64,000 nt of DNA, from contig JAVYKI010000002.1 in NCBI GenBank assembly GCA_038742305.1, forward strand, positions 1,013 to 65,012, in the 5' to 3' direction. Shown piece after piece: positions 11,470 to 23,530 of the stretch (its first letter is position 1; every line of letters begins with the position of its first letter). The notes beneath the pieces were generated by a model. The model was not told the origin of the DNA. It worked only from the letters and a program-made list of their open reading frames with translations, and did not search any database. Source of the DNA: Candidatus Aenigmatarchaeota archaeon. GTDB lineage: Archaea; Aenigmatarchaeota; Aenigmatarchaeia; CG10238-14; SpSt-28. The position numbers and the translations under genes were made by a program.

Positions 11470-12205
11470 AATAATAGGAATAGTAAGCGGAAAAGGAGGA
11501 ACAGGAAAAACTTTAATAGCAACCAACCTTTCTTATGCAATTTCTAATTTAGGCTTTAAAACTTTATTAATAGATTTTAACTTTACAACTCCCCACATTC
11601 CAATAATTTTAAATTCGAAGCCATCTTTTACTCTTAACGATTTTTTAGAAGAAAGGGCAGATTTTTACGAAATTTTAAATCCGCACTTAAACTTTTTCTT
11701 TGTTTCCCCTTCAACTAGCCTGCAGGATTTAAAAAATTTTAAAATAGAAAATATTGAAAAGCTTAAAGAAAAGCTAAGCTATTTTGATTATGTAATAATA
11801 GATTCTGCTCCAGGTTTTGGAAGAGAAGCAACTTATTCTTTTCTTTTTTCAGATGAAATATTAATAATTGCAAATCCAAATTTATCTTCTTTGTTCGATT
11901 CTTTAAAGTGCTATGAATTAGCCAAAAGATTAGATAAAAAAGTTTTAGGAATTTTAATAAATAGATATACTAAAGATTCAGCCCTAACAATTCAAGATTT
12001 TAAAAATGTTTTCGAAATACCAATACTAGGAATAATTGAAGAAAGTAAAATTGCAAAGCAGTTAGATTTAAAGAGGAAAATGCTTTACGATTTAGATAAA
12101 AACTTTCAAAATCAAATTCTTGAAGTTGCTTATAAAATTTGTAATCTCGAAATTAAAAAAGAAAGCTTTTTGGAAAAAATAAGAAGGTTTTTCAAAATTA
12201 TCTAG
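11462..12205 (+). CDS. MinD/ParA-family (deviant Walker A) ATPase.
   Basis: GIVSGKGGTGKTLIATNLS near the N-terminus and DYVIIDSAPG later. The gene ends with a TAG stop at 12203-12205. Confidence 0.8.
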   Translation: MVRIIGIVSGKGGTGKTLIATNLSYAISNLGFKTLLIDFNFTTPHIPIILNSKPSFTLNDFLEERADFYEILNPHLNFFFVSPSTSLQDLKNFKIENIEKLKEKLSYFDYVIIDSAPGFGREATYSFLFSDEILIIANPNLSSLFDSLKCYELAKRLDKKVLGILINRYTKDSALTIQDFKNVFEIPILGIIEESKIAKQLDLKRKMLYDLDKNFQNQILEVAYKICNLEIKKESFLEKIRRFFKII

Positions 12206-12800
12206 CACCTTCAGCTTCCCTTTCTATTCTTTCTTTTTCTTTTAATGCAAAGCTTTTAGAAATATCATTATTAGCTGCAGCAATAATTTCTTCTGCAAGA
12301 ACTTCTGACATTTTTGTAAAGTTAACTTTTCTTCTATAGCAAGAATTAACAATATTCCTTAAAGCTATATCTACTCTTCTTTGAGGGCTAACTATTACTG
12401 CACTCCTAGCAATTATTCCACCGACTTGATAAGAAACAGCTTCTTCTAATGGAGCAGAATTTTCTATTGCTCTTACTAAAACTTCAATCGGATTTCTTTT
12501 AGTTCTTTTTTCAATTATTTCAAAAGCTTCTTTAACAATTTTAATTATTTTTTCAGTTTTTCCTGCACAATGAGCAGAGCTAATTAAATGCTTTTTACCT
12601 TTATGCCCAGGTCCAAACATCTTGTTTATTAATCTTTCAACAATATTCATGTTTGCTTTCCCGAACCTTTTTTGGCTAAATCTTCCATAAGTTTTTGGAA
12701 TAACGCAAGGCTTAAGGTTTATATATCTTTTTAGCCCTAAATCTTTTACTTCAACATTCCAATCCCATTTTCCAAAAAGTTTTAATTCTTCTACAGCCAT
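12198..12800 (-). CDS. rps7: 30S ribosomal protein S7 (uS7).
   Basis: Length, sequence and position directly downstream of S12, in the conserved archaeal rpo/str-like block. Confidence 0.8.
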   Translation of the reverse strand: MAVEELKLFGKWDWNVEVKDLGLKRYINLKPCVIPKTYGRFSQKRFGKANMNIVERLINKMFGPGHKGKKHLISSAHCAGKTEKIIKIVKEAFEIIEKRTKRNPIEVLVRAIENSAPLEEAVSYQVGGIIARSAVIVSPQRRVDIALRNIVNSCYRRKVNFTKMSEVLAEEIIAAANNDISKSFALKEKERIEREAEGAR

Positions 12801-13222
12801 TATCTAGCAGGCTTTTGCTTTTTACCTTTTCTTATTGCATCCAAAGAAACTCCATTAACAGCTATAACTTTCCATCTTACTCCCCACATAGAACCTATTG
12901 GTCCTTTTTGACCGCCACCTAAAGGTTCAACTATTACTTCATCATGCTCATTTATAAAGTTTATACTTCCGCTTTTTGGAACAAAAGCAGTTAACTGTCT
13001 TCCATTTTTAACTAATTGAACTCTTACACATTTAATTAATCCAGAATAAGGCCTTTTCTGCTCTACTATTCTCTTTTCAATTACTATTCCTCTAGCTTGT
13101 GGAGCACCTTCTAATGGATCTTTTTTCCATAAGCCTAAAACTCTATTTTTAAACTTAAAAGAGCTCCATCTAAACTTTTTCCTTCTTTTTATTAATATTC
13201 TTGCAGCAAACTCTCCAGGCAT
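12800..13222 (-). CDS. rps12: 30S ribosomal protein S12 (uS12).
   Basis: ...[47 protein letters not shown]... is a typical S12 core. Confidence 0.85.
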   Translation of the reverse strand: MPGEFAARILIKRRKKFRWSSFKFKNRVLGLWKKDPLEGAPQARGIVIEKRIVEQKRPYSGLIKCVRVQLVKNGRQLTAFVPKSGSINFINEHDEVIVEPLGGGQKGPIGSMWGVRWKVIAVNGVSLDAIRKGKKQKPAR

Positions 13223-13223
13223 A

Positions 13224-13631
13224 TTATATAATTTTTACATCATTTATTTTAAAGTTTCTTGAAAGTAAAGACTTATAAACTTCTAAGTTTCTTTTATTTC
13301 TACCTAAAACTAATCCTTTATACATTTTATTAACTTTTATTTCAATAATTTTTTTGCCATTATTATTCAAAATTCTATAGCTAATCATATAAGGAATTAA
13401 ATTTCTCAAAAATTCGTTTAAATCAGAAGAATATTCATAAACTTTTATTTCTTTGTTAAGCAATCTCTTCAAAATTTTAAGCATTGCAATGTTATACAAA
13501 GAGAACTTTGTTTTTTTATCTACAAGCAAATAAATTGTATTATTTTTAATTATACAATCTTTTATATTTGCATTTGTCAAATTTTCTACAAAATTTATTA
13601 TTCTTATTACTTCTTTATCAAACTCGATCAT
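13224..13631 (-). CDS. nusA: Archaeal NusA-like transcription factor (two KH domains, ~135 aa).
   Basis: Size and the KH-like [13 protein letters not shown], in the conserved position between rpl30e and rps12. Confidence 0.65.
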   Translation of the reverse strand: MIEFDKEVIRIINFVENLTNANIKDCIIKNNTIYLLVDKKTKFSLYNIAMLKILKRLLNKEIKVYEYSSDLNEFLRNLIPYMISYRILNNNGKKIIEIKVNKMYKGLVLGRNKRNLEVYKSLLSRNFKINDVKII

Positions 13632-13887
13632 TTTTTATTACTATTACGCTTATAGGAAAAGGTTTTCCGCATAGTATTCCTAGCTCTATGCTTGTTCCAT
13701 TAAACTCTTTTATAAGATTTTTATTTCTTACAGCACTTATTATATCATTTTTCAAATCTTCTCTCATATTTTTTGCTATTATTACAAGCTTTGGTTCATA
13801 GTTTTTTAAATACTTGTAAGCTTTTCTGTATCCATATATTGCTTTATTTTCTTTTATTGCTTCTTTAACTATCTTTTCTATTTCCAT
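13618..13887 (-). CDS. rpl30e: 50S ribosomal protein L30e.
   Basis: An ~89-aa protein in the conserved slot between rpoA'' and nusA, with an L30e-like core. Confidence 0.7.
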   Translation of the reverse strand: MEIEKIVKEAIKENKAIYGYRKAYKYLKNYEPKLVIIAKNMREDLKNDIISAVRNKNLIKEFNGTSIELGILCGKPFPISVIVIKNDRV

Positions 13888-14965
13888 TTTCCCTTAATGT
13901 TATTTCTACTGCTCCAGTTCCTATTGGAACAACATTTCCAATCATTAAGTTTTCAAAGCTGCTTTTTAATTCATCTTTTGCTCTTCTAACAGAAGCATTA
14001 ACAATGTTTTTAACTGTTTCTTCAAAGCCAGCTCTTGCAAGAATAGAATATTTTCTTCCAGCAACTCCATACCTTCCAATTGGGCTTATTGTACCATTAA
14101 AAGTCATAGTATCTGCAATTATAAATAAAAATCTTAAATTGACATCTAAACCTTGCTGTTGCAAAACTTTCATTACTTCCATTAAAAGCAAATTTCTAGC
14201 AGCCTCTATTCCCAAGACTTCAGCAACTTCATGAGGATTATTAGAAATTGTTCTTGTTTCGTCAACTTCTTCTATTTGCAAAACTTCTTTTAAGTTTGAG
14301 CCAATAGTTTGAATTATCCAATCATCTTTTTCTTTATAAACTATAGCAGTTTCGATTCCTTTAATTCCTTTAAATACCATGCTTCCTATTCTATCTCTAA
14401 GCCTTCTCAACTCTTTTATGCTATATTCTTTTCTAGGAATTATTTCAATTCTTTTTCCTTTTTTCTTTACAGAACCAAGCTTTATTTTTTCTTTTAGGAA
14501 TTCATAAACTTCTTCAAAATACTGTTCTTCGGGCTCAATTTCTAAAGAAAGCTCTGTAAGGTTTAAATAAATTCTGCTAACTTCTCCAATCTTTTTTTGA
14601 ATTAAAGAGCTTGCAACTCTATAAGCATCTTTTTCATTATTGTATTCTTTTTTTAAGTAAATTGTCATGCTTGGAGTAGAAATATCTTTTCTTGCATCAA
14701 AAAGCTCAATTAATCTTGGCAAACCTAAAGTAATTTTTATTCCTACAGCACCAGCAACATGGTATACTCTCATAGTTGCTTGAGTAGCAGGCTCGCTGAT
14801 GCTTTGAGCTGTTAAAATTCCAATAGCTTCTTGTGGCTCAAAAATAACTTTTTCATAAGCTTTTCTTACAGCTTCTTCTAATTTTTTCTTTTGCTCTTCG
14901 CTAAAATTATACTTTTTGCTAACTTTTTCTATTAACTCTTTTATTCTTATTGGTAGCTCAATCAT
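13865..14965 (-). CDS. rpoA2: DNA-directed RNA polymerase subunit A'' (C-terminal third of Rpb1).
   Basis: ...[26 protein letters not shown]... matches the trigger-loop region. The start overlaps the upstream rpo ORF by 4 nt. Confidence 0.85.
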   Translation of the reverse strand: MIELPIRIKELIEKVSKKYNFSEEQKKKLEEAVRKAYEKVIFEPQEAIGILTAQSISEPATQATMRVYHVAGAVGIKITLGLPRLIELFDARKDISTPSMTIYLKKEYNNEKDAYRVASSLIQKKIGEVSRIYLNLTELSLEIEPEEQYFEEVYEFLKEKIKLGSVKKKGKRIEIIPRKEYSIKELRRLRDRIGSMVFKGIKGIETAIVYKEKDDWIIQTIGSNLKEVLQIEEVDETRTISNNPHEVAEVLGIEAARNLLLMEVMKVLQQQGLDVNLRFLFIIADTMTFNGTISPIGRYGVAGRKYSILARAGFEETVKNIVNASVRRAKDELKSSFENLMIGNVVPIGTGAVEITLRENGNRKDS

Positions 14966-17900
14966 ATTTCTTTTGCAATTTCTTCTACATTAATATCTCC
15001 ACCTTCAACTTTATATGGATCAATTAAATCTTCTCCAGCAATAAATTGAATTATATTTCCACTAGAATCTCTTATTGTTCCGTCATATTCAATTTTCAAA
15101 TCTTGTAAAGCTCCAATAAACCTCCTTTCCAAATAACCGCTATGCCTAGTTTTAACACTTTTATCCATAAGAGATTCTCTAGAATTAATCATTTCAAAGT
15201 ATAATTCTATTGGCTTTAATCCTTCTTTAAATCCTCTTGGAACAAATCCTTTTGCTTCTAAACTAATATCATTCCTTTCAAAGTGTGGAAAGCTTCTTAA
15301 GTAATAACCAATTTCTATTCTTCCTCCCATAACTTTTTCTTGACCGATCATTCCGGAAATTTGTATTATATTTACTAAGCTACCCCTTGCTCCAGAAGCT
15401 GCCATAACAAAAACTTCACTCTCTCTTTTAATTTCTGGCAAAACTAACTTAGAAACTTCTGTTAAAACTTCATTAACTATTCCATTAATTAATTGCTCCA
15501 AAGTTTCTTTTTCAGTCCTTCCTATTAAAGCTTCCAATTTTCCTTCTCTAAACTTTTTAATTAATTCATTAACTTTATCATTTGCTTTTTTAACTAACTT
15601 TTCAATTTCACTTTTAACTTTTTGAGAAATTGAATAATCAGCAAAAGAAATGCTAAATCCATGATAAAGCAAAAAGTTCATTCCAAGTTTTGAAACATTT
15701 TCAATAAACCTTTTTGTATAGTGCTCTCCAAACAAAGTTAATATTCTGTTTAATAATTTTCCGTTTTCTCCAACAGCTTTTTTATCTATTGCTCCATTTA
15801 TTAACTTTCCATCTTTTATAACTACATAACCTTCTTTTTCATCAACAGAAGCTAATGAACCTTTGAATTCTAATGAAATTTTTGGTAAGAAGCAGCTAAA
15901 TATTTCTTTTCCAGTTAAGTATTCTTTTCTCGGAATTTCTACGTTTAAATCTATTTCTCTTATAAGCTGTACAGCATCTTCATACTTTATTTTTCTTTCT
16001 CCATAAGTTAGCAAGAATAATCCAGAAATTTGATCGTGCAATAAAGCAATTATTGGACCTCCATACCTCGGGCTTCTAATATGCTTTATTACACTCATTA
16101 ATATTTCTGCTTCAGTCATAGCTTCTATTGATTGAGGAACGTGCAAATTCATTTCATCCCCATCAAAATCTGCATTGTATGGAATAGTTGTGCACAAGTT
16201 AATTCTAAAAGTTTTTCCGCTAGTAACTCTAACTCTATGAGCCATCATGCTCATTCTATGCAAGCTTGGCTGCCTATTAAACAAAACTATATCTCCATTA
16301 AGCAAGTGCCTTTCAACAATCCAGCCAGGGGCAATTCTTTTAGCAATTTCTTCTTTATTTTTATCCATTATTTTTATTCTTGTTCCATCTGGAGCAATTA
16401 CATAATTTGCTCCAGGCCATTTTTCTCCATTCAAAATAAGCTTTCTAATTTCTTCAATATTTTCTTCATTAACTACTACTGGCACAGTTAATTCTATAGC
16501 TAAAATTTCTGGAACTCCAACTTCATCTATATCTAAATATGGATCTGGACTAATTACGCTTCTAGCAGAAAAGTTTGTTCTTTTTCCTAGCAAGTTATAT
16601 CTAAACCTTCCTTCTTTTGTTTCTAATCTTTGAGAAAGAGTTCTTAAAACTCTTCCACTTCTATGCCTAGCAGGAGGAATTCCGCTTAACTCATTATCGT
16701 AAAACGTTGCAACATGATATTGTAATAATTCCCACAAATCTTTAATAATAAATTCTGGAGCACCAACTTCTAAAGTTTCTTTAAACCTTTCGTTTATTCT
16801 AACAATATCAACTAATTTATGAGTTAAATCGTCTTCACTTCTTTCTCCAGTTTCCAAAACTATAGAAGGCCTAACTGTAACTGGAGGAATTAGCATTACG
16901 CTTAATATAAACCATTCAGGCCTTACTCTTATACCAATTTTTTTCAGCTCTTCATCTTCGATAGAAGCTAAAAATTCTCTTAGCCATTCTCTATCAACTT
17001 CTTTATCATCAATTTTAAAAGTATAAGGCCTTATAAATTCAATTTTTGGCTGTTTTGCTTTGCAATGAGGACAAGTGGAAGGTAAAGATTTTAAGAATTC
17101 TTTAACTTTTGGCTTTTCTTCTTTTGTTAAAACTTTTTTACAGTTTTTGCAAACAGCTCTTAAAATAGTGTAAATATGCCTAACAAACAAAGGATGTATA
17201 ACCGGCTTAGCTAATTCTATATGTCCAAAGTGCCCAGGACAAGTTGCATATGTTCCAGCGCAAGTTCTACATCTTATTCCAGGGTCAACAGTTCCTAATC
17301 TTGGGTCCATTATTCCGCCTTCAACAGGATAACCTTCTTCATCATAAACATCAATTTTATTAATTTTTGCAACAGACATTTTCTTAATCATTTCAGGACT
17401 TAAAACGCTAAATTCAATGCTTATAACTCTTCCTAAGTTTTTATCTACAATTAATTTTGGATAAATGTGCATTGAAATAAGCTCTTGCAATAATAATTTA
17501 AATCCATAGCTCATTTCAACTAATACTACTTCACTACTATCATCACAAACATTACACCATAGTCTATTTCTTATTCTATCTTCATAAGCAATTAATCCGC
17601 ATCTCGCACAAACTGGAATTAATGTTTTATCGGAATCAAATCTTTCCTTTAAAGTAATTGCAGCACCATGAGCAATTAGTACATCCTTTTCCATTTCTCC
17701 TAATCTTAATCCACCTTCTTTTATTCTTCCTTCTGTTGGCTGCCTTGTTAATAATGTTACAGGCCCTCTAGTTCTTGCGTGTATTTTGTTAGAAACTAAA
17801 TGGTCTAATTTCATGTAAAATCCGCTTCCAATTAATATTCTAGCTTCATATTTTTTACCTGTTCTTGGGTCGTACATTACTTCTCTTCCATCTTCGCTAA

Positions 17901-19236
17901 ACCCAAGCTCTTTTAACATTTTAACTAATTCTTCTTCACTCATTCCTTCAAAAGCAGTGGCATCTATAAATTCTCCCTTTATTGCAGCAATTTTTCCAGC
18001 AACTATTTCTAATAATTGACCAACAGTCATTCTAGATGGAATGCTGTGGGGATTAAAAATTATATCTGGAACAATTCCGCTTTCTGTAAATGGCATATCT
18101 TCTTGTTTAACTAATAAACCAACGACTCCTTTTTGGCCATGCCTAGTTGCAAACTTATCTCCAATTTCCGGAACTTTTAAATCTCTTACAACAACCTTAA
18201 CCAATTTATTACCATCTAAAGTTGTAGTAATATAAACTCTATCTACAATACCTTTATCTCTATGCCTTAATTCTATCGAAGTTTCTCTTAAGTTTTCTGG
18301 AGAAATTATGAATTGAGTTGTTGTTCCAAGAAATCTTAACGGCGAAGTTCTGCCGATTAAAACTTGTCCTCCCTCTACTCTTGTTTCTGGAGGAACTATT
18401 CCATCAACATCTAAATGCTTATATGCATCTTCCCCTCTATATCCTTTAATTCCTGGCATTGGAATTCCTATTACATCTTCTTGTCCAGAAGGATATTTCT
18501 TTTCTTCAGCTTCATAAGTTCTAAACATGTAGCTCCAGAACAATCCTCTTTCTACGCTAGATTTATTTAATACAATAGCATCTTGCATTGCATAAGGATG
18601 AGAAATTATTGCAATTACAACATTATTACCTATAGGATGAGTATCAAAAGGAAAAGTTTCGTATGCAACAGTTCTAACTAATGGTATTTGAGTATATAAG
18701 CCAATGTTTGCCTTAGAATCTGCTCTAGTTTTATAAGCTAAATTATAAATTCCAATAGCTTGTCCACTCATTTTTGCACCATAGTTTATTCTATCCCCTC
18801 TATTATGTTCTACAAAAGGAATTAGAGAAGCATGCAACCCTAAAGTTATTGCTGGATGAATTTCTATATGAGTATGTTTTTCAGTTGCGTCTGGATATAA
18901 AGAAATATAAGCATTTTCTTCTTCTTCTGCATCCAAAAATTCTATTATTCCTTCTTTAACTAAATCGCTAAACTTTATTTTTCCATTTTTCAATTCTTCA
19001 ATCTTTTTAATTAAATCTTTATATCTTTCTCTTACAATTGCAGGCCTTCTAATTCTTCCAGAGCCAGTATTTATTCTAACTTCATTCTTAAATTCTAAAA
19101 CAGCAACATTTACTTGATATGATATTTTTCCACTTCTCCTTAATTCTCTTATTTTTTCAAATATCTTTTCTGGGCTAGAAGTGTATCCTAAAAATTCTCC
19201 ATCCAAATAAACTTTATATTTAGCCTTCATTTTCAA
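14962..19236 (-). CDS. rpoB1-rpoA1: Fused RNA polymerase subunit B' (RpoB C-terminal part) and subunit A' (Rpb1 N-terminal part), a single 1424-aa ORF.
   Basis: N-terminal half: ...[44 protein letters not shown]...[21 protein letters not shown] (RpoB C-terminus). It is followed without a stop by [51 protein letters not shown]...[29 protein letters not shown] (RpoA' zinc site). I checked the junction DNA at ~17400-17520 and found no stop. Confidence 0.75.
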   Translation of the reverse strand: MKMKAKYKVYLDGEFLGYTSSPEKIFEKIRELRRSGKISYQVNVAVLEFKNEVRINTGSGRIRRPAIVRERYKDLIKKIEELKNGKIKFSDLVKEGIIEFLDAEEEENAYISLYPDATEKHTHIEIHPAITLGLHASLIPFVEHNRGDRINYGAKMSGQAIGIYNLAYKTRADSKANIGLYTQIPLVRTVAYETFPFDTHPIGNNVVIAIISHPYAMQDAIVLNKSSVERGLFWSYMFRTYEAEEKKYPSGQEDVIGIPMPGIKGYRGEDAYKHLDVDGIVPPETRVEGGQVLIGRTSPLRFLGTTTQFIISPENLRETSIELRHRDKGIVDRVYITTTLDGNKLVKVVVRDLKVPEIGDKFATRHGQKGVVGLLVKQEDMPFTESGIVPDIIFNPHSIPSRMTVGQLLEIVAGKIAAIKGEFIDATAFEGMSEEELVKMLKELGFSEDGREVMYDPRTGKKYEARILIGSGFYMKLDHLVSNKIHARTRGPVTLLTRQPTEGRIKEGGLRLGEMEKDVLIAHGAAITLKERFDSDKTLIPVCARCGLIAYEDRIRNRLWCNVCDDSSEVVLVEMSYGFKLLLQELISMHIYPKLIVDKNLGRVISIEFSVLSPEMIKKMSVAKINKIDVYDEEGYPVEGGIMDPRLGTVDPGIRCRTCAGTYATCPGHFGHIELAKPVIHPLFVRHIYTILRAVCKNCKKVLTKEEKPKVKEFLKSLPSTCPHCKAKQPKIEFIRPYTFKIDDKEVDREWLREFLASIEDEELKKIGIRVRPEWFILSVMLIPPVTVRPSIVLETGERSEDDLTHKLVDIVRINERFKETLEVGAPEFIIKDLWELLQYHVATFYDNELSGIPPARHRSGRVLRTLSQRLETKEGRFRYNLLGKRTNFSARSVISPDPYLDIDEVGVPEILAIELTVPVVVNEENIEEIRKLILNGEKWPGANYVIAPDGTRIKIMDKNKEEIAKRIAPGWIVERHLLNGDIVLFNRQPSLHRMSMMAHRVRVTSGKTFRINLCTTIPYNADFDGDEMNLHVPQSIEAMTEAEILMSVIKHIRSPRYGGPIIALLHDQISGLFLLTYGERKIKYEDAVQLIREIDLNVEIPRKEYLTGKEIFSCFLPKISLEFKGSLASVDEKEGYVVIKDGKLINGAIDKKAVGENGKLLNRILTLFGEHYTKRFIENVSKLGMNFLLYHGFSISFADYSISQKVKSEIEKLVKKANDKVNELIKKFREGKLEALIGRTEKETLEQLINGIVNEVLTEVSKLVLPEIKRESEVFVMAASGARGSLVNIIQISGMIGQEKVMGGRIEIGYYLRSFPHFERNDISLEAKGFVPRGFKEGLKPIELYFEMINSRESLMDKSVKTRHSGYLERRFIGALQDLKIEYDGTIRDSSGNIIQFIAGEDLIDPYKVEGGDINVEEIAKEI

Positions 19237-20734
19237 TATATTTTATTATTTCTTCTTTTATTTTATCTCTTTCTTCATCCGGAATTCCAAAGGTAACTTC
19301 GCTAAATATGGCTAAATGCTTTCTTAGCCCAATAGTTGGACCTTCTGGAGTTTCTGCAATACAAAGCTTTCCATAATGAGTTGGATGCAATTCTCTAGCT
19401 TCAAAATGCTCTTGAGTAGTTTTTAATGGCGAACTAACAACTCTCATATGAGTAACGCTTTTATTTAAATTAGCCCTTTCTAATCTTTGACATGTTCCAG
19501 TTCTATTTCCAATCCATGTTCCAACAGCCATTGCGGATTGTATCATATTAGTTACATAATTTGATTCAATAACAGCATGTAATGGAGGCAACTTTTTTCT
19601 TCTAGCAAGCTTTTGGAAATTAAAAAGCATTCTATTAATTACTCCTTGCTTGCCCATTAAAATTGTTCTAAAAAGTATTTCGAAAAGTTCTCCAGCTAAT
19701 CTTACTCTTTTGTTTGCATAATGGTCAATATCATCTTGCTCTTCTTTTCCTATCGCAACTTTTATCATTCTTTCAACAATTTTGGCTAAAAATATTGCTT
19801 TATTTATTCTGTCTTTTTTAGTTTGTCCAACATGCAATAAAAAGTACTTATCTAGTAAAGTTTCAGCCCTTTCAATTCTTAGTTTTTTCTGAGGAATTTT
19901 CAAATATTTACCTATTTCGTCTAGTGCTTCTTCTTGAGTTAAAACAGGATATTCGTAAAGGTTAATTAAAAATTCTTCTTGAACTTCTTTATCTTGACTT
20001 ATAGTATTTAATAAAACTTCATCATTTTCCAACCCAAGAGCTTTAAGCAAAATAACAACTGGAAAATCATGTAAAGCGGAAAAAGTTGTTAAAACAATTC
20101 CATCCTTTTTTAATTCAAACAAATGCTTAACTATGTAACCTTCTTTTTCAGAATTTATTCTGCAATTAACAACTACATTATTTGTATTAACTTTTCTTAT
20201 TATTGGCTTGTTTGGAGCCAGTTCTTCAATTAAAATTAAATTTCTTTCAGTTCCGTTAATTATAAAATATCCTCCAGGATCATCTGGATCTTCTCTTGCT
20301 TTTATTAATTCTTCTCTGCTCATTCTTGATAAAGGACAAATTTTAGATTTTACCATAACTGGCAAATCACCAAAATAAACTTCTATAGGATCGCTTTTTA
20401 CTCCACCAACTTCAGTAACAACTTTTAAAAACATTGGAGTAGAATAAGTTAAATTTCTAATTCTGCATTCGTAAGGCAATAATGGATTTGAAGGTGTTCT
20501 TTGAGAGCCATCTGCTTCAATTAAAGTCGGATAATCATTAACTCTTCCATCTATAAAGTGAATTTTTACATTTCCAAGTTCAGGAATTTCTGGCTTAACT
20601 GTTCCAATGCTTTTAACAAGTTTAGGAAACTTTCTTTCAACAAAATCATTATAAGAATCTATTTGATATCTAACCCATCCTTTTTCAGCTATGTAAGCTT
20701 TCAATAAATCTGCAAATATTAAATTTAGGTTCAT
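19220..20734 (-). CDS. rpoB2: DNA-directed RNA polymerase subunit B'' (RpoB N-terminal part).
   Basis: [33 protein letters not shown]..., 504 aa, typical archaeal split rpoB. Confidence 0.85.
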   Translation of the reverse strand: MNLNLIFADLLKAYIAEKGWVRYQIDSYNDFVERKFPKLVKSIGTVKPEIPELGNVKIHFIDGRVNDYPTLIEADGSQRTPSNPLLPYECRIRNLTYSTPMFLKVVTEVGGVKSDPIEVYFGDLPVMVKSKICPLSRMSREELIKAREDPDDPGGYFIINGTERNLILIEELAPNKPIIRKVNTNNVVVNCRINSEKEGYIVKHLFELKKDGIVLTTFSALHDFPVVILLKALGLENDEVLLNTISQDKEVQEEFLINLYEYPVLTQEEALDEIGKYLKIPQKKLRIERAETLLDKYFLLHVGQTKKDRINKAIFLAKIVERMIKVAIGKEEQDDIDHYANKRVRLAGELFEILFRTILMGKQGVINRMLFNFQKLARRKKLPPLHAVIESNYVTNMIQSAMAVGTWIGNRTGTCQRLERANLNKSVTHMRVVSSPLKTTQEHFEARELHPTHYGKLCIAETPEGPTIGLRKHLAIFSEVTFGIPDEERDKIKEEIIKYIENEG

Positions 20735-20994
20735 TTCTCAACAACCACTCTATAATATAATGATTTAAAACCCTCAAAATTTCTTTCTATTTCTATTACA
20801 TCTCCAACTCTTGCTCCAAGCTTTATTACTACAGGATCTGTTGCCAATATTTTCGGAAGCTTATCCAAAGTAACATTATACTTTTTAAGCAAGGCTTCTT
20901 TTTCTTCTTCGCTTAATATTCTATGTTTTGGAACTAGTTTATGTTTAAAAATGTCTATTTCCTTCATAATATTTTCTTTTTTGTGCATGCTCAT
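20731..20994 (-). CDS. rpoH: RNA polymerase subunit H (Rpb5-like). The start is placed at the internal MSMHKK, because the upstream 38 codons of the listed ORF look like run-on.
   Basis: ...[52 protein letters not shown]... is the RpoH signature. Confidence 0.75.
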   Translation of the reverse strand: MSMHKKENIMKEIDIFKHKLVPKHRILSEEEKEALLKKYNVTLDKLPKILATDPVVIKLGARVGDVIEIERNFEGFKSLYYRVVVEK

Positions 20995-21022
20995 ATAATA
21001 TCTTAAAAAATATAAATACTTT

Positions 21023-21457
21023 ATGGTTAAGCTAGTTAGTGAAATTGTTGCAGTAGTTCTTATTGTTGCAGTTACTGTTGGAATAGCATTACTGGTTGGA
21101 TACTTCATTTCAAATTATATAAGTAAAAGACAAGCAGAAATTTCTTCTTATTGTTTTCTTGATAGAATAAATAATAAAGTTTATGCAAAAAAAATAAACG
21201 ATACTCATATATCTTTAAATTTTGAATATAATGTAGGTACACTTAAACTAGAAAACCTTTCTATAATAGTATATTGTAATGGAGAAGAGATCTTTAATTA
21301 CAAACACGATCAACCTTGTAATGTAGGATGTTTTATTTCTAAGGATGTAGAGACAAATTGTACAGATGGATTAAGAATAATGGTTTTTGCGAAATGTGAG
21401 AATGCTTTTTCAAACATTCTCGGATGTGGTAACGAGATTAGCTGTTTTTCTCAATAA
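21023..21457 (+). CDS. Hypothetical membrane-anchored protein (N-terminal TM/signal anchor) with a Cys-containing extracellular domain.
   Basis: [33 protein letters not shown]... is a hydrophobic N-terminus. There is no recognizable family. Confidence 0.4.
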   Translation: MVKLVSEIVAVVLIVAVTVGIALLVGYFISNYISKRQAEISSYCFLDRINNKVYAKKINDTHISLNFEYNVGTLKLENLSIIVYCNGEEIFNYKHDQPCNVGCFISKDVETNCTDGLRIMVFAKCENAFSNILGCGNEISCFSQ

Positions 21458-22410
21458 AGAAAGTCTGGATCTAAAAATTTTGCTAATGGAGCTAAAGGCT
21501 TAAAAACTTTTATGTTAAAAGTATGAAACAATCTTTTCAATATTTTACCAATTTTAATAGATTTCCAAAAAACTTTTTTCATAGCTTTTTCATATTTTTC
21601 TATTTCTCCTCTCTTTATGTATTTATAAGCCAAGAAAGCGGAAAAAACAGAAAAAGTAATTCCTCCTAAACTAAAAGGTTTTATATATCCAGAAGCCTCC
21701 CCAACAATTAAATAATTTTTATTGCAAAGTTTTTTAGCAATAGAAGTATTTATCGGATATGCATAAAACTCTTTAACTTCTTTCAAATTAAATTTTTTCA
21801 AAAAATTCCAAAAAGTTTTTAGTTTAAGGTTATAATCCATTAATCCGATTTTTGTATAATTGTTAACATCAACTATCCACCCAAAATAATTTTTAGAAAA
21901 ATTGTTATCAAAAAATATGTTTACGTTTTCCATTATTTTTCCTTTTACAATAGCTTCAATTCCGATTGCAATTTTTTTATTTTTATTCAATAAACTATAA
22001 GGGCCTAAAGCATCTACTAAAATTTCAAATTCAAAATTTCCTTTATTAGTTATTACTAGATTATTTTTTAAACCTTTTGCAAAAGTGTTAAAACTAAATT
22101 TAGAAAAATTTTTATCTATATTTTCAAATATATATTTTTCAAAAGAGTTTCTATTTATTACTACCATTTTATTTTTTGATTTAACAGAAAAAGCAAGCTC
22201 ATCTTTATAATAAAAGTTTGCAATTTTATGCTCTTTTTCTACAAAATTTTCCAATTCAAAAAATCTTTCTATTTTTTTAGAAATTAAGCTTGTATCTCTC
22301 TTTTTTCCAACAAAATCTTCTTTTTCTATTACTAAATTTTTTATTCCAGAAGAAGAAAGAAAATAAGATAAACTTAAGCCAGCAATTCCAGAGCCTAATA
22401 TTACAATCAT
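21451..22410 (-). CDS. FAD-dependent oxidoreductase, geranylgeranyl reductase (GGR) family.
   Basis: MIVILGSGIAGLSLSYFL is a Rossmann FAD motif; ~320 aa; operon with UPP synthase. Confidence 0.6.
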   Translation of the reverse strand: MIVILGSGIAGLSLSYFLSSSGIKNLVIEKEDFVGKKRDTSLISKKIERFFELENFVEKEHKIANFYYKDELAFSVKSKNKMVVINRNSFEKYIFENIDKNFSKFSFNTFAKGLKNNLVITNKGNFEFEILVDALGPYSLLNKNKKIAIGIEAIVKGKIMENVNIFFDNNFSKNYFGWIVDVNNYTKIGLMDYNLKLKTFWNFLKKFNLKEVKEFYAYPINTSIAKKLCNKNYLIVGEASGYIKPFSLGGITFSVFSAFLAYKYIKRGEIEKYEKAMKKVFWKSIKIGKILKRLFHTFNIKVFKPLAPLAKFLDPDFLY

Positions 22411-23078
22411 TTACCAAAATTTCTTTTTTGACTCTTAAACCACTTTAAAGCATTAATTAAATCTCTTTTTGTTATATCAGGCCAATATTTTTTTAATACA
22501 TAAATTTCTGCATAAGAAGATTGCAAAGGAGCAAAATTTGAAAGTCTTGAAAAGCCGCCAGTTCTTATTATTAAATCTATGTCATCATTTATTAGCAAGT
22601 TTTGCTTTAAAGTTTTTTCAGTTATTTTTACTCTTTTTCTAACAATTTTTTTAAATGCTTGTAAAACATCGTAGAAGCCACTATAGCCAACAAGAAGATT
22701 TAGAAAAAATTTATTATATTTTTCAGTTTTTTTCATAACATTTTTCATAAGCTTTATTAAAGCATTAGGCACTTTTCTAAAATCTCCTAGAAACTTAACT
22801 CTTACTTCATATTTTTCAAATAATTTTTCTTTTTCCCATTTTTTTAAATAATTTTCGAGCAACTTAAAAATATATTCAACTTCTTCTTTACTTCGTTTTT
22901 TAACATTTTCATTAGATAAAAGGTAAAAAGTTACTTTTTTAATTCCTAGCTCTAAGCACCACTTTAGAAATTCTTCAACTTTTTTTGCCCCAAAATAATG
23001 CCCTAAACTTGCTTTTAATCCTCTTTTCCTAGCCCATCTTCTATTTCCATCCGGAATTACTCCAATATGAATATCCAT
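22407..23078 (-). CDS. uppS: Undecaprenyl/dolichyl-diphosphate synthase (cis-prenyltransferase).
   Basis: HIGVIPDGNRRWARKRG is the cis-IPPS signature. Confidence 0.85.
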   Translation of the reverse strand: MDIHIGVIPDGNRRWARKRGLKASLGHYFGAKKVEEFLKWCLELGIKKVTFYLLSNENVKKRSKEEVEYIFKLLENYLKKWEKEKLFEKYEVRVKFLGDFRKVPNALIKLMKNVMKKTEKYNKFFLNLLVGYSGFYDVLQAFKKIVRKRVKITEKTLKQNLLINDDIDLIIRTGGFSRLSNFAPLQSSYAEIYVLKKYWPDITKRDLINALKWFKSQKRNFGK

Positions 23079-23171
23079 AATTCTATTATTCTAGTTTTTA
23101 GTTTTTTATATGTTTATGTTTACCACCGATAAGTATTTAAATATTTAATTTATAAACTTAATAGTGGTGGC

Positions 23172-23513
23172 ATGTTCGGCAAAAAAGACTGGAAAGAATG
23201 CTTAGACCAAGAAACTAGGGAAATAGTAAAGAAACTAATAGAAGGAACTTTGCCATATGCATGTGCAGTACAGCAAGCAAGAGATGCAAGAATAGCTCAG
23301 CTATGGATAGCTTTAGCATTATTAAAGAAAGAACTTGATGAAAAAACTAAAATGCTAGAAATAGCAGTAAAGCCATGGAAAGCAATTGTAGAAGTAGGGG
23401 AAGCCGAAAAGAGAAAAGCTATAGAAAAAATCGTTAGCGAATTAATTCAGCCAAAAGATAAGGAACAAAAAGAAATAGTGGATAAGCTAGTAGATAGCTT
23501 AATGAAATTCTAA
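23172..23513 (+). CDS. Hypothetical protein, locally GC-richer.
   Basis: ORF only; it is preceded by the inverted repeat ccaccgataag...cttaatagtggtgg flanking a TATA-like tatttaaatattt. Confidence 0.35.
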   Translation: MFGKKDWKECLDQETREIVKKLIEGTLPYACAVQQARDARIAQLWIALALLKKELDEKTKMLEIAVKPWKAIVEVGEAEKRKAIEKIVSELIQPKDKEQKEIVDKLVDSLMKF

Positions 23514-23530
23514 TCCTTTTTTATTTTTTT

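Noticed and set aside
13568-16491. Plus-strand ORFs 13568..13801, 14004..14234, 14309..14497 and 16132..16491
   Set aside because: All are antisense to well-supported nusA/rpl30e/rpoA''/rpoB'-A' coding regions and have hydrophobic low-complexity translations.
20995-21108. N-terminal 38 codons of the listed 125-aa rpoH ORF ([24 protein letters not shown]...)
   Set aside because: The composition is unlike RpoH and the stretch overlaps the divergent gene at 21023. The internal MSMHKK start gives a canonical ~87-aa RpoH.
23079-23171. Inverted repeat ccaccgataag...cttaatagtggtgg as a mobile-element terminus
   Set aside because: It is a single short hairpin around a TATA-like box upstream of a hypothetical gene, with no transposase or integrase nearby. 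It is more likely a promoter-associated structure.
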